Positions 1-12,102 of a DNA stretch of 64,000 nucleotides are shown one piece after another; positions within the stretch are counted from its first letter, which is position 1, and each line of letters opens with the position of its first letter. A program made the translations under genes and the position numbers. The stretch spans positions 525,757 through 589,756 of the forward strand of contig JAAOMT010000523.1 of the NCBI GenBank assembly GCA_016748015.1, written 5' to 3'. The notes below the pieces were generated by a model. The model saw only the letters and a program-made list of their open reading frames with translations. It did no database searches and was not told where the DNA came from. The DNA comes from Geosiphon pyriformis uo1. Taxonomy: Eukaryota > Fungi > Glomeromycota.

Positions 1-13
1 AGATCTTAATTCC

Positions 14-316
14 GTGTTGGGAATTTTCTTTAAGAAATTGAGTGGTTTACAAAAGTATCAGCATTTTCTATTTGAAGCAGCTAACCCTGGCATTGTTAAA
101 GCTCAGCTGGTTGCTAATGGTACTTATACTGAATTTAATTTGTTAAAAACTAAAAAAGCAAGTGTTTCTGAAATTACCAAAGAAATTAAGTCCTTTTCAA
201 TCCTAGTACTAACCCCTCCTCCTTTGGATTACAGAAGGCAAGAATACTTTTATTACAATATTCGTCCATTTGTCCGGGATGAATTCAAAGATATCACTTG
301 TCCAGAACCAATCTAA
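14..316 (+). CDS. 3' part of a protein, probably DNA-transposon-derived (ends ...RRQEYFYYNIRPFVRDEFKDITCPEPI); 5' end outside the window
   Basis: Open frame with normal codon content and higher GC than the adjacent decayed DNA. The C-terminal RQxYxYxxIRPFV...DxxCPxP resembles transposase-like fungal/oomycete proteins as I recall them (not verified). Confidence 0.45.
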   Translation: MLGIFFKKLSGLQKYQHFLFEAANPGIVKAQLVANGTYTEFNLLKTKKASVSEITKEIKSFSILVLTPPPLDYRRQEYFYYNIRPFVRDEFKDITCPEPI

Positions 317-372
317 TCTACACTGCCAATAAATAAAACATATTTATATTACCAAAGCTATAGAAATATGAA

Positions 373-460
373 TACAGTCAAACCTGAGATAACCCATACC
401 CTTGGTGAATACAAATTGTTATGAGTTATTACAGGTTATGGGTTTTCTCAAGTTTAAGTA
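373..460. repeat. Tc1/pogo-type terminal inverted repeat (TA-CAGTCAAACC...) with subterminal inverted copy
   Basis: tacagtcaaacctgagataacccata (373-398) versus tatgggttttctcaagttt (438-456). TA followed by CAGT is typical of pogo/Tigger ends, and it lies just downstream of the transposase remnant. Confidence 0.55.
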
Positions 461-547
461 TATATAGTATACATATAATAAAAATAGATATAATATTATT
501 AAAAAATAAATTTATTTGCATATTACTTATAAGAATCTTTAAATAGT

Positions 548-2200
548 TCATGCAATATTAAAAAAACTTGTAAGAATTGTTTGTTTTTGTTTATTTTGCA
601 TTCTCTTATAAAGTATATATTTAACATGAACAAGCTTACTAACTGCATCATAAAATTTCTTGTTATTTTTAAGCTTCATAAACTGTTTAAGATTTGTAAT
701 ACCAGTTAGTACATCCTTAATACTTATTACTTTCTGTATCTCTTGTTCTTTATCAAAGCTATTATGCTTTGTTTTACAATTTTTTATAATATAATTTGCA
801 ATCTTATTATCATTCAGATGTTCTAAAATAATTGTATTGTTTTTTTTAAATAAATTTACCAACTTTTTAATTGATAAGTATATATAATTTGGCTATATAC
901 AATTGAACTCTTTGTAACAATCTTTAATCTTTTTTAATATTATCTTTTAATTATAATTAGCTTTTATTTCCAAGTTTGCAGTTTTATTCTAAAAGTTGTT
1001 ATTTGTATTAATTAGAAAAATGCCAACTTTGTGTTAGTAATAAGTGATTATTTCATTTAAAATATTTTTTTATGTCCTATAAATTAAACACATTACTTAA
1101 AATTAGTTGATTATATAAATATTATTACACCATTATTAAAAAAATCCAATGCATAATAAAAAAAATAACAACAGTAATATGTTTTAAAACAATAAATAAT
1201 TTTAGTATCTATAGATTAAATATATGCTATCAAGTTAGATACAAACTGTTTTATATGAATATTTGTAATAAATCTTGTATTATAGTTGTGATTAGCAAAA
1301 TTGTCTACTAATAACAATATGTTTTGGTTTTTTTTATATAGTTAATAGTTTTAATTAACAAACTATTATCAAAAAATATTACCAGTTATCTAAATACAAA
1401 TGTTTAAATAATACTAAAAACCAAGTTGTTTTTCTGTTTTTTTTGAAAACAGCATAAATATTTAGCATAACTAATAATAAGTGATAATAAACATTTAATT
1501 TTATTAACATTGATTGTAAAAACAAATATTAGTTGCATTTTTATTGTTTGATGCCATAATATACTATTATAACAAAATTTTGATTTGGTGATATAACATA
1601 AAATAATGCAGTTTTATTTATGTTAAAAATATTGCATAACTTTTAATTAGCAAAAAATGTCATTATATGTACTTATTTATCTTTAATATGTTTAATATTG
1701 GCTAATAATACTCATAATGAAAGTAAAATAAATGCAATTTAACATAATCTTTAAAGCTTTTAAGCCAATTATTGAATAATTTTTGATGCTTATTTTTTGA
1801 AATATCTAATTGATTATAGAACTTTATATTAGCAGCTTAAATTACATCTTCAGCAAGTATTATTTTATGCAATTCTGCTTTTTGAACAAAAATAACAAGT
1901 GTTTTATCAAAGTCAAAATTACATACTATGTATATATACTTGTTAATTAAGTCATATATTGTATTTATTTATGAACAAAAATTTGGTTTATTTTTAACTC
2001 AAGTCAAAACTAAAGATTACTTTATGTATAGAAAACTGTTTTTTTTAAAATGTCTTGTAGTTTTTAATTGGTTTTTATTATTTGCATAATATTAATTAAA
2101 CACTAAAAGCTTATTATAAAGTGTAATATTTTTATAACTTTGCAAAATACAAGTTAAAAAGATAACATGTTTTTTGTTATTAGGTATGGTAGAATTAAAA
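548..2200 (-). pseudogene. Decayed pogo/Tigger (CENP-B-like, DDE_1) transposase
   Basis: The minus-strand C-terminus ends KQKQTILTSFF (548-862). Around 1500-1620 the minus strand reads as a G>A-eroded ADETALFY...P motif. The 5' boundary is approximate. Confidence 0.6.
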
Positions 2201-2214
2201 GACAAAAAAAAAAT

Positions 2215-2685
2215 ACAATTAAAACTCTAATCAAATAAGGCTAATCCAAAAATTTCACTTGATTATTCACATAATTGATAATAATTTAAAACTTAAAACA
2301 ATTCAAAACTCTAATTTAATTACTTATACAATTAATGATAATTTAAAACTTGAAACAATTTAAAACTCTAACTTAATTATTTACAAGATCAGTAATAATT
2401 TAAAACTTAGAATAATTTGAAATTCTAACTTGATTACTCATACAATTAATAATAATTTAGAACTTGGAATAATTCAAAACTCTGACTTAATTATTCATAC
2501 AATTAATAATAATTTAAAACTTAGAACAATTTAAAACTATGACTTAATTATTTACAAGATTAATAATAATTTAAAACTTGAAATAATTCAAAATTTCAAT
2601 TTGATTACTTACACAATTAATGATAATTTAGAACTTAGAACAATTCAAAACTCTGACTTAATTATTTACATAATTAATAATTATT
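2215..2685. repeat. 57-bp tandem repeat, about 8 degenerate copies
   Basis: ataatttaaaactt recurs at 2281, 2338, 2395 and onward (period 57). Copies differ mostly by transitions. Confidence 0.85.
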
Positions 2686-5600
2686 CTGTCAAATAAGTAA
2701 TATTATATTATTATATAACATTTTTAATCATAAAAATATTGGTTTGTTTTACTGCAATTTTATCAAAATTAGCAGAATTTAAACTAAATCTAGCATTTAA
2801 GATAATTTATACTAACAATAAAAAGTTATGGATTATTGAATATTACAGATATGAATTATAAACATAAAAATTTTTTAATTACTAAATTGATAAATTCAGA
2901 ATACTATAATTTATTACAGATTATAATTTATTTCAGTATGAATTATTTTAGATTTAATTGTACATTCTTTTTAAAATACAAAGCAAAAATTATAACAAGA
3001 TATAATCTATTTTATACCATATATTAAACATAATTTACATGTAACTAGCCATTTAGACTTATGTTAAAATTAAGTTAGACTTTAATACTTAAATTTAATT
3101 TCTTATTTATCTTTGTTTTAATAACTTGATTTATTATTTCAAACTTTTAAAGAAGTTTTATTCTTTTTTAAAATAATAATAAAACATGTTTTTTTATTGA
3201 ATTTTTCAATAATATTTAGCAATAAAACATTAAATTAATTAGCAGTTTATATATAAAAAATAAAATATTTTTTAATACAAACATTGTAATATAATTAAAA
3301 AAAAATAGTTTTATAAACAAAAATAAAATAATTTGAATTTTAATACTTGTTATAATATTAATAATTAAAAGTTTTTTGTATTAATTATTGAATATTACAT
3401 AATTAGTCATTTTATTTTTGGATAATAATTATTAACTTAATTAATAATTTAATTAATAATTTTTTTTTATTAAATTTAATATGTGTTCTAATTATTATTT
3501 AATATAATAAATTAAATTAAATAATAAATTTTGGATATATTTTATGTATTTTTTATATAATTAGACATAAATTTAATTTAAATTAAATTATTATTATGAT
3601 TAAAAACTATAGTTTTTATTAATTATTACATATATTAGTTACTAATATTATATAATTAGCCATTTTATTTTTAGAAAATAAATAATAATTTGATTAATGA
3701 TCTAATTATTAACTTAACTATTAATTTGATTATTAACTTAACTATTGACTTAGTCATTAATCTGGTTATTAATTACTTTGAATAGCTATATAAATAATAT
3801 ATTTTTTAGCTTTAAAAAAGAATATTTTAATCTATAAGACATATATAAATTAAAATAATAAAAATTATTTTTATAATATTTAATCTTTTTTAATTTACTT
3901 AATACTTATTTAAATATTTAAAAAATTTTATAATAAAAACTATTTGTTAGTATTTATCTGTAATTGTTAGTTTTAAAGATTATTTATTAAAAAGTACAAT
4001 CAATACTTGATATTAAATTCTAAAAATATTAATGTGTAAAATTATAATAATATATTATTTTTTGTTAATAGTATAAATTATTTTTCTACTTTTAAATTTT
4101 TTTGTTACTATGAAACTAATTTTATATATTAAATTTATACTAATTTAATTTATTTTTTAAAATTTAATTTTTTTATTATTATTTTTATTACTATACAATT
4201 TTATTTTATTTTGCTATTTATTAGCTTGTTATTTTAATTTATAATATTATATTAAGTCTAAAAAAAATTTATTTTGAAAAAACATTTTATTAATTAAAAA
4301 ACTATTATTTATAATAAATTTATTTAATTAATTAACAGTTTTATTAAAATTAAACTTAATATTAATAGATTAATGCTTTCAAAAAATAAGTAATTTAATA
4401 TAAACTTTATTATTTAAAAAATTATTATCACAACTTTTTATATAATTAGTATTAAAATTATACTTAATATTAATTATAGTTATGTTTAAAAAAAGTTTAT
4501 TTACAATTTTACCAAAAATAAACACTTTACTTTAAATAGTACTAATTATATTTTTAAGTTTTATATATAAAACAAAAAAAGTTTTCAAAAAAATAATAAC
4601 CAAAAAAACCAATAAATCAATTAACTTAACAAAAAACTTAATTAAAATAGCCAAATTTATGATTTAAGATTTCAAAAAATTCAACTTAGATTTAATTACA
4701 GGATTAATAACAGAAACAATCAAAAAAACAACAAAAAAAAAGACCAAAAAATCAGAAATCTTAGCATAAAATTTTTTATTAACATAAAATAATACAAAAA
4801 AAAAGAGATAATAATATTTTATAATTTAAAGCCAAATACCTAAAATTTTAATATTTAAAAGTTTTTTTACTAAATTTCGTATTTTGTTAAAATACTAATT
4901 TTTAATAATAACTATATTAAATATTTTTTAAACTTAAAAATAACAATAATATATTGAAGTTATTTAGTAAATTCAAAAAAATAAAAAATAAAATAAGTAT
5001 AATTATTAATTTAAAAAACCAATTCCCTAATTTTAAAGACTAAGCAAAAAAAAATTAACCAATTTGGTTAAATATATTATGAAAAAAAATTATTGTTTTT
5101 TAATTATCAAAAAAAATTTTAACACTTTTTTTGTTTATTAGAATTAATTATTTAAAAATTATGTTTTATTATTAATTAATTTTTTTAATGATTCTTGTAT
5201 TTATAATTGAAAATATTTTATTGCTCTTATAGTTTTAGGTATTAAATAGGATTTTATATTTCTAATTATATTTTTATTTGCAGAAAAAATATGTTTAAAA
5301 GCAATAAATAATTCTTAAATTTTTTTTATTAAGTTTTATAAATGCAGTTCAACTATTATCTAAGAATATAAAATCATACAAAATTCTAAATTAAACATAA
5401 TTTATGCTTTTTCTATATATAGCTAACCACTCAAGCCAATCAAAATGACACTATATGCCAAAATTACTTATCAATAGAACATTTTTCAAAAAACCAAAAC
5501 TATATTTAAACAGACAAAAGTATAATCCAAAGCAAACATAGATATCTAATCTAATACCAAAACTATAAATCAGCTTAGAAGACCATAATAACAATAAGCT

Positions 5601-5955
5601 AAAAACTAAAGAAGCATCAAATTTATCATGCAGCAAAAAATTATGTTTTTCATAGTAAAATTTCAACTTAGTAGTTAACAGCCAAATATCAGACTTGTAA
5701 CTCTCAACAAAACCATAGACCAATTTAATTATTAACACACTATTATCAAATCCAGTACCCAAATAGTGTATTGTGTTAGCCACTTAATATTTTAACACAA
5801 AATCTTTAGCCAACAATATGTACAAATCAGCAAAAAACTTGATTTTACATAGAAACTGAACAATTAAATTTTTTTTGTAAAAACATCCAATAACTTATTC
5901 TATTCTAAAATAATATCTGATAATAATTCCTCTTTGGTATTGTTAGCATGTATAC

Positions 5956-6872
5956 TGTTATATTTAGAAAAAAAATAATAATACATAATTGAAAAAAGAA
6001 AAAAATACATGATTATAAATTAGCCAATTAGAATAGAAAAAGAGAAAAAAGTATTTTTCAGGAAATCCAAAATTATTCAAAAAATCCAAGATATTTCAGA
6101 AAAGTTGAGAATTTTTCAGGAAATTCTGAATGTTTCAAGAAATCAAAAATTTTGTAGGAAATCTAGTAAAGAAAAAAGATTTCTCATATAAAAAAAATTA
6201 TGTATATATAATAATAGTATTAGAAACAGAAAAAGACAGACCTTTTAGTTTGGACTTTTCTTTTGATTTATTCTAAATATTGCTTCAAGGATAGTTCATA
6301 TTCACTGAAATGAAATCATCAAAATATCAATAAACTACTTATTTCTATTCAATTTATGTTGTTATCATCTAATTGAGATCTATTTATCAAATTCCAACTA
6401 TCAATACTTCATGTTAATATCTGCTAATACTTAACCATACTGGAACAATAGCTCTTGATCATGGCTATTGATAGGATACTAATTTTCATTGCTTTGGCTT
6501 ATTTTCTTTATTTTCTTTTCTTTCTTTTATTTTTTCTTTTATTGTTGTATACTAATTGATTAAGGATTAAGCACTAAGTTATTGATATCAAAAAAACTGG
6601 TAAAATACCCAAGAATAAGGGTAAAAACTCATCAAATTAAAGATAGCTTACCAGGAAAATACTGGCCACCATGCTGAGAAAAAAATTTGATGGAATTGCA
6701 ATTCTGAAAAGCTATAGAAAAACAACACTAGAATTTCTGTTCATTATACAAAAAACTCAACTAAAATTTTCAGACAATCAAAGTCTTCAGATATTACCAA
6801 TGAGATCAGTTATTAAGCACCAAGTTATGGATTTGTTATTTGATTTGAGACCCCAAATAATCATCTGTAACA
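5956..6872 (+). mobile_element. Solo LTR, family B
   Basis: TGTTA...TGTAACA termini; 4-bp TSD atac/acac; homologous to 24409-25242. Confidence 0.85.
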
Positions 6873-8575
6873 ACACACAAAAATAAGTAATTAGAGTTTT
6901 TTATTATTTCATATTGAATACAAGCCATATTCAAATATTTTGAATTATACAGTCTCTTTTTTTTAGCCACAAACAAATAGTAATATAGTGTTTTCATAAA
7001 ATAAGACTGAAATACTACTGATGATGAGCTAATATAATTAAAGCAAATCTTATTATTAGAGTATCAAAAGTTTTAATTATATTAAAACTAATATTAATGC
7101 TTGAATTTATGAAATTATTAATATGTTTAGATTTTTAACCAACAAAATTAACTATATTAAACAGACTTTTAACAAAGTAATGAACATTTTTAAAGACAGA
7201 TTTGTTTTTAATACTAAAAAAATGACATAGCATTCGAAATAACAATACAAATCCAGAAATAATAGTAGTATTAGTATAGAAATTAACATATTCATTTCTG
7301 ACAACACCAGAATAATTCTTGATTTTTTTTTAACAACTAACAAACTCTTTCTCAAAATAACTTGACAAATATGTTTTTTTTTAATTTAATATTTACTATG
7401 AAAATTAGAATCAGACACACTCTTAGTAAAACAGCACATATTCAACAATACTTAACTATCTATAAACAAAGTAACAAAGCTAGAAGCAGATACACAATTT
7501 AAAACAAAAGCAATAGTCTGCAATTTTACCAAAGTCAAGAACAATAAACCATTTACTTTTATTTTAATGTTTATATTAACATTCAAAAAATAAATGACAA
7601 TATCTTTATAAACATTTACTAATTTCAGACTTTTAATAAAACCATCTGTGTAAACACTTATATTATTTATCTCAAAATCCAATAAATATCCACTAATATA
7701 ACCCAAATTACAAGAGTGATTTATGGAAGCAAAATGAAAAACCAATATCTTATTATTTATTAAACTACTATTTCCAATTAACTTGATCAGTAAACTAAAC
7801 TAGCCAAGAATCAGACTTTTAAAGTTTAGTTTTTTCATCTGTGAAAAGTGTTCTATATAAAACATGTGCCATAGTAATGCAAAAACTGGTCCACAAAAAT
7901 AATACCAAATTTCTTAAAAAATTCCAATACACTTCTATAACTATTCAAGTCTAATACATTTAAAACTGCAATATTATTTCCAGTTCAAAAGACATCAGAC
8001 AAATTGTCATCTAAAAACAAATTACAAAAAGCAAAAACACATATTGTATCTATTAGAAAACAATTCATAGAATTGATTAACAACTTAACTAGAACTTAAA
8101 GAAGATACCAGAACATTCAACTAGTAGTCTGTAGATTCATAGCTTTGTGCTCAAATAATCTGCTAAAATTCTATCTATATTGGCAAAATTAACCAGATTA
8201 ACCATTAGATTCTTAACCAACATTTGCTCAAATATTTTGAAATTATATAACTTAGAGTAATATAAAGCTTTATTAAAAAAATCCTTAGACAGATTAGCTT
8301 TAAGCTTTAATTTTTTTCTTAATATTAATAAGTTGTAAAACAGTAGATACTAAATACAAAAATTGTTTTTTAATGATAATTTTTTTTAAAATCATATTTA
8401 AAAAGAACTTAATATCTAAATAAGTTTTGGTTAAGCTTGGCTTAAACAAGCCAACAGTTAACAGGAAAATCTCCAAATATCTATAAAACTCATTTTTCTA
8501 GATCATTAAGATTTTCAAATCATTAATAAACAGCATAACTTTTTTAGCTCTCTAATTAATAGAAATAATGACCAT

Positions 8576-9581
8576 TGTTACAGATGATTATTTGGGGTCT
8601 CAAAACAAATAACAAACTCATAACTTGGTGCTCAATTGATATAATGTTGTTGGTAATATCTGAAGGTGTTGTTTTATCTGAAGGTTTTGTTGTGGAGTCT
8701 TTTGTATAATGGACAGAGATTCACTATGGTTGGTTTTGGTTGATTTCTCAAGTTATTTTCCCAATTTCTGTCTTTAGCATGGTGGCCAGTTTATTTTGGC
8801 AGTTGTGCTCTTTTGGTAAGCTATCCATTAATATATATAATTCTACCCTTATTTCTGGGTCTTTTACCAGGCTATCCTTGACGTTAATTACTCAATGTTT
8901 AATCTCTTTAATCAGTAGTAAGTCAACAAACAAAAGAAAATAAAAAAAAATAAAAAAAAATAAAAAAAAAATAAGAAATTAGAAATAAGTCAAGGCAATT
9001 CAAATTAGTATCTTGTCAATAGCTGTAATCAAGAGCTATTGTTCCAGTGTGGTTAAGTGTTGGATTTTATCAACATAAAGTGTTGATAAATAAAAAAGTG
9101 ATTATATTTTTAAACAAATAACAATAATATGGATTTGAAGAATTGGAGAGATCTTTTATTTATATAATTCTATTTCGGTTGATAGCAACTATCCTTGAAA
9201 TAAGAGTTAATTAATAGAGAAGAAAAGGGATTGTTCTAAATTAATAAAACTCTATTGAATTCTCCAGGAATTCTTGAATTCTTCTGGAATTGTTTTTTCT
9301 GCTTTTAATACTCTCACTATATATATATAATTTATGTTATACAAGATTCTGCACATTCATGAGCAATATGCCATGATTTTTCAAGCAATGCTTATATTGC
9401 TGAGCAATATGCCTGTAATTTCTGACAATGTGCTCATTGCTGAACAATGTGCTGTGATTCTCTGACAATGCTTCACATTGCTAAGCAATGTGCTCACATG
9501 CTAAATACTATTCTCTTATTGATCTATTTTTCTTATCTGTTTTTCCTACTATTTTCTTGTATTTTTTTTCTATAAGTAACA
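8576..9581 (-). mobile_element. Solo LTR, family B
   Basis: TGTTAC...GTAACA termini; TSD ccat/ctat; reverse-complement homolog of the B LTR. Confidence 0.88.
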
Positions 9582-10521
9582 CTATCTTGTCTGTATTTAT
9601 TGAAATGTTATTAATAAAAAAAACTTATTTACAATATCCAAAATATATTGTGTTACCACCATGTAACTTTTAATTCAAATAGTATTATCTACAAAAGCAT
9701 TTGCAGCAAAGAAAGAAGTTTTGCCATCCTTAGAATCAGTTTTGCTAATCTTAGTAAAAAATTTTGAATTCACACAAGCTTTTAAGTCTTTTAACTTTGT
9801 AAAACAAAAAATCATAAAAAATTTTCCACAACAAAGATAAAAAAATCTCTTTTTGATCAAGTTTATTATGAACAACATATTTATTAAAAAGCCCAAAATC
9901 TATTATAATTTAATTGATTTTTTTATTGTAAATATTTTGAAGAATTTAATAAAGTATTCACACATCTTAATCTTAATCAAGCTGTTATACAAATAATATT
10001 ATTTAACCAAATTATATGTCTTGTGCATATTCTATAAAACCAGTCTCAATTTTCTATTTTTTTCTAAAGTATTCTCAATTACAAAACCTATAGCCAAAAT
10101 TAGAGTTTGTGTTAAAATACTTTTTAGCACTAAGAAATTGTTTTTACAAAGCATCTTAAATTTGCTGCAGATAAGAAAAATTCCATTAAAAAGAATTTTG
10201 GACAAAATTTTTCTTATTGTTTCAATTAAAACAATAGATTGAGTGTTTATTAAGATCTTTTTTTATTTATATGGCTTAGATATCATTAAGACTTAAGCAT
10301 ATTTTCACAATATTAGAATTTTATTCAAAGACAAACAAAAGTTCAACAAATTCAATAGGCATCTTAAAATATTATCTCTATAATGTTTCTATAATTCATT
10401 AAGTATGTTACTTAGATTAGTAGCTTTTTTATTTAGTAACTTTTTAACCATTCAAATTAACTTTTTATAATTAATAATGTCTATTATATACCAAAAAAAA
10501 CATAATTATTCAAAAAAACAT

Positions 10522-12102
10522 TGTTACAAGTGATTATTTAAGATCTCAAATCAAATAACAAATTCATAACTTGGTGCTTAGTAACTAATATAATTGGTAT
10601 TATCTGAAAGTTTTGATATCTGAAGGTTTTGGTTGAGTCTTTTGTATAATAAATAGAAATGCAAGTGTTGTTTTATCTGTCACTTTCTGGAATTACAATT
10701 CCGTCAAATTTTTTTCTTAGCATAATGGCTGGTAATTTTCTTGGTAAGCTATTTTTAATCCTTGAGTGTTTTACCCTTATTTTTGGGTTTTTTACCAGTC
10801 ACTTTGATGTCAATAATTCTATGTGTTTAATCCTTAATTAATTAGTAAATATTAATGAAACAAAAAAAAAAATAAAGAAATAAGCCAAGGCAAGAAAAAG
10901 TTAATATCCCATCAATACTGTAATCAAGAGCTATTGTTCCAGTATAATTAAGTATTAGATACTATCAACATAAAGTATTGATAGTGTGGAAAGTGATTTA
11001 GATGATGAATAATTATTTATTGATATTGATGATTCTAACTAAAATGTTTTTAACTGGAAGATCTTGGTATTAATTTTCCTTCCAACACTTTTGCTATATA
11101 TACATAATTTGGATTTTACAAGATCACTTACATTCTTGAACAATGTGCTATAATTTTTTAAGCAATGTGCTTATATGTTAACTACTATTTTCCTATTGGT
11201 CTATCTGTTTTTTTTTTCTATTTTCTTACATGTTTTTTTATGAGTAATATTATTTTCTTTTTTTAATATTAAGCTCTGTTAAAATTTTTATTTTGAATTA
11301 GGTCCATGACTTTTCTTTCTAATATCATTTGTTTAATTTTGCTTCTTATATTTTTGATTTGCAAGTTGTTTATTCTTTCTTACTGGTTAATAGTTATTGT
11401 TTCTATGTTGAGGTGTAGCAATATTTCTGAATAGTTTTGAAATATTATGTGTAGTCAATAGATTGTTCTAATGTGTAGTGTTAGATTTGTTTTTTTTCAA
11501 TAATATCTTCTATATTCTATATTATCTCTTAATTAAATATTCTTTTGGTTTTATTAAGATATAACTTTTGAATATCCAACTTTTATCCCGACTGATAGTA
11601 GCAGTATGGTATTGGAAGTTGTTTTATCTACTGCTTCCAATTTTCTTTTAAAAGTTTTTTTGTTGGAATCATAATAAATATTTTTCTAAAAGTGTTTTTC
11701 ATTTTTTTTACTATTTTATCTGACTAGTTTCTTGGTTGGTTCTGTGGTCACTAATATGGTGTAATTTTTTTTTTGTTTAGTGTTTTGATAACAGATTGTT
11801 TGGTAGTTGATAGTAATTTCTATGTTTAATTGTTGTTGATTTAAGATCTGAAATAATTGTTGAGTTAAGATGTAGATATGGTCTGGTATTTCCATTTTTT
11901 TTGGTTTTTTTGTTACATATATTGTGTCTTTATATACTCTTTTGGTCAATTAATTTGACATGTTTGACTCAATAATTATAATTGGTTCCAGATCTTATGG
12001 AATTTTATCTGATTGTACTAGTATTTGTTGTATTTTAGTTGTAAAATATTACTGGTAGATAATAGTATTATATTGTAATATAGTTTTAGTCGATTACCAT
12101 GT
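10522..12102 (-). mobile_element. Family B element, 3' part: 3' LTR 10522-11249, PPT, ORF3 remnant, integrase C-terminus; interrupted by a family A LTR
   Basis: LTR homology, a purine tract on the minus strand next to the LTR, and ORF 11716-11949 matching ORF3 of the element at 24409. Confidence 0.85.

Larger units (their letters stand above)
5450..10521 (-). mobile_element. Decayed non-LTR retrotransposon (RT + RNase H), interrupted by two solo LTRs and cut at 10522
   Basis: Minus-strand RNase H remnant SVYTDG...TLVKLQTIAFVL...VTLFIDS (7452-7745) and an RT active-site-like AFVDNTI (9675-9896, likely FVDD). The host sequence resumes across both solo LTRs with TSDs. Confidence 0.7.

Noticed and set aside
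2215-2685. CRISPR array
   Set aside because: Head-to-tail tandem units with no unique spacers, no cas genes, and a eukaryotic context.
2836-5400. Short ORFs in the extreme AT region as genes
   Set aside because: Ile/Asn/Lys/Phe-biased translations of eroded repeat DNA; no recognisable domain.
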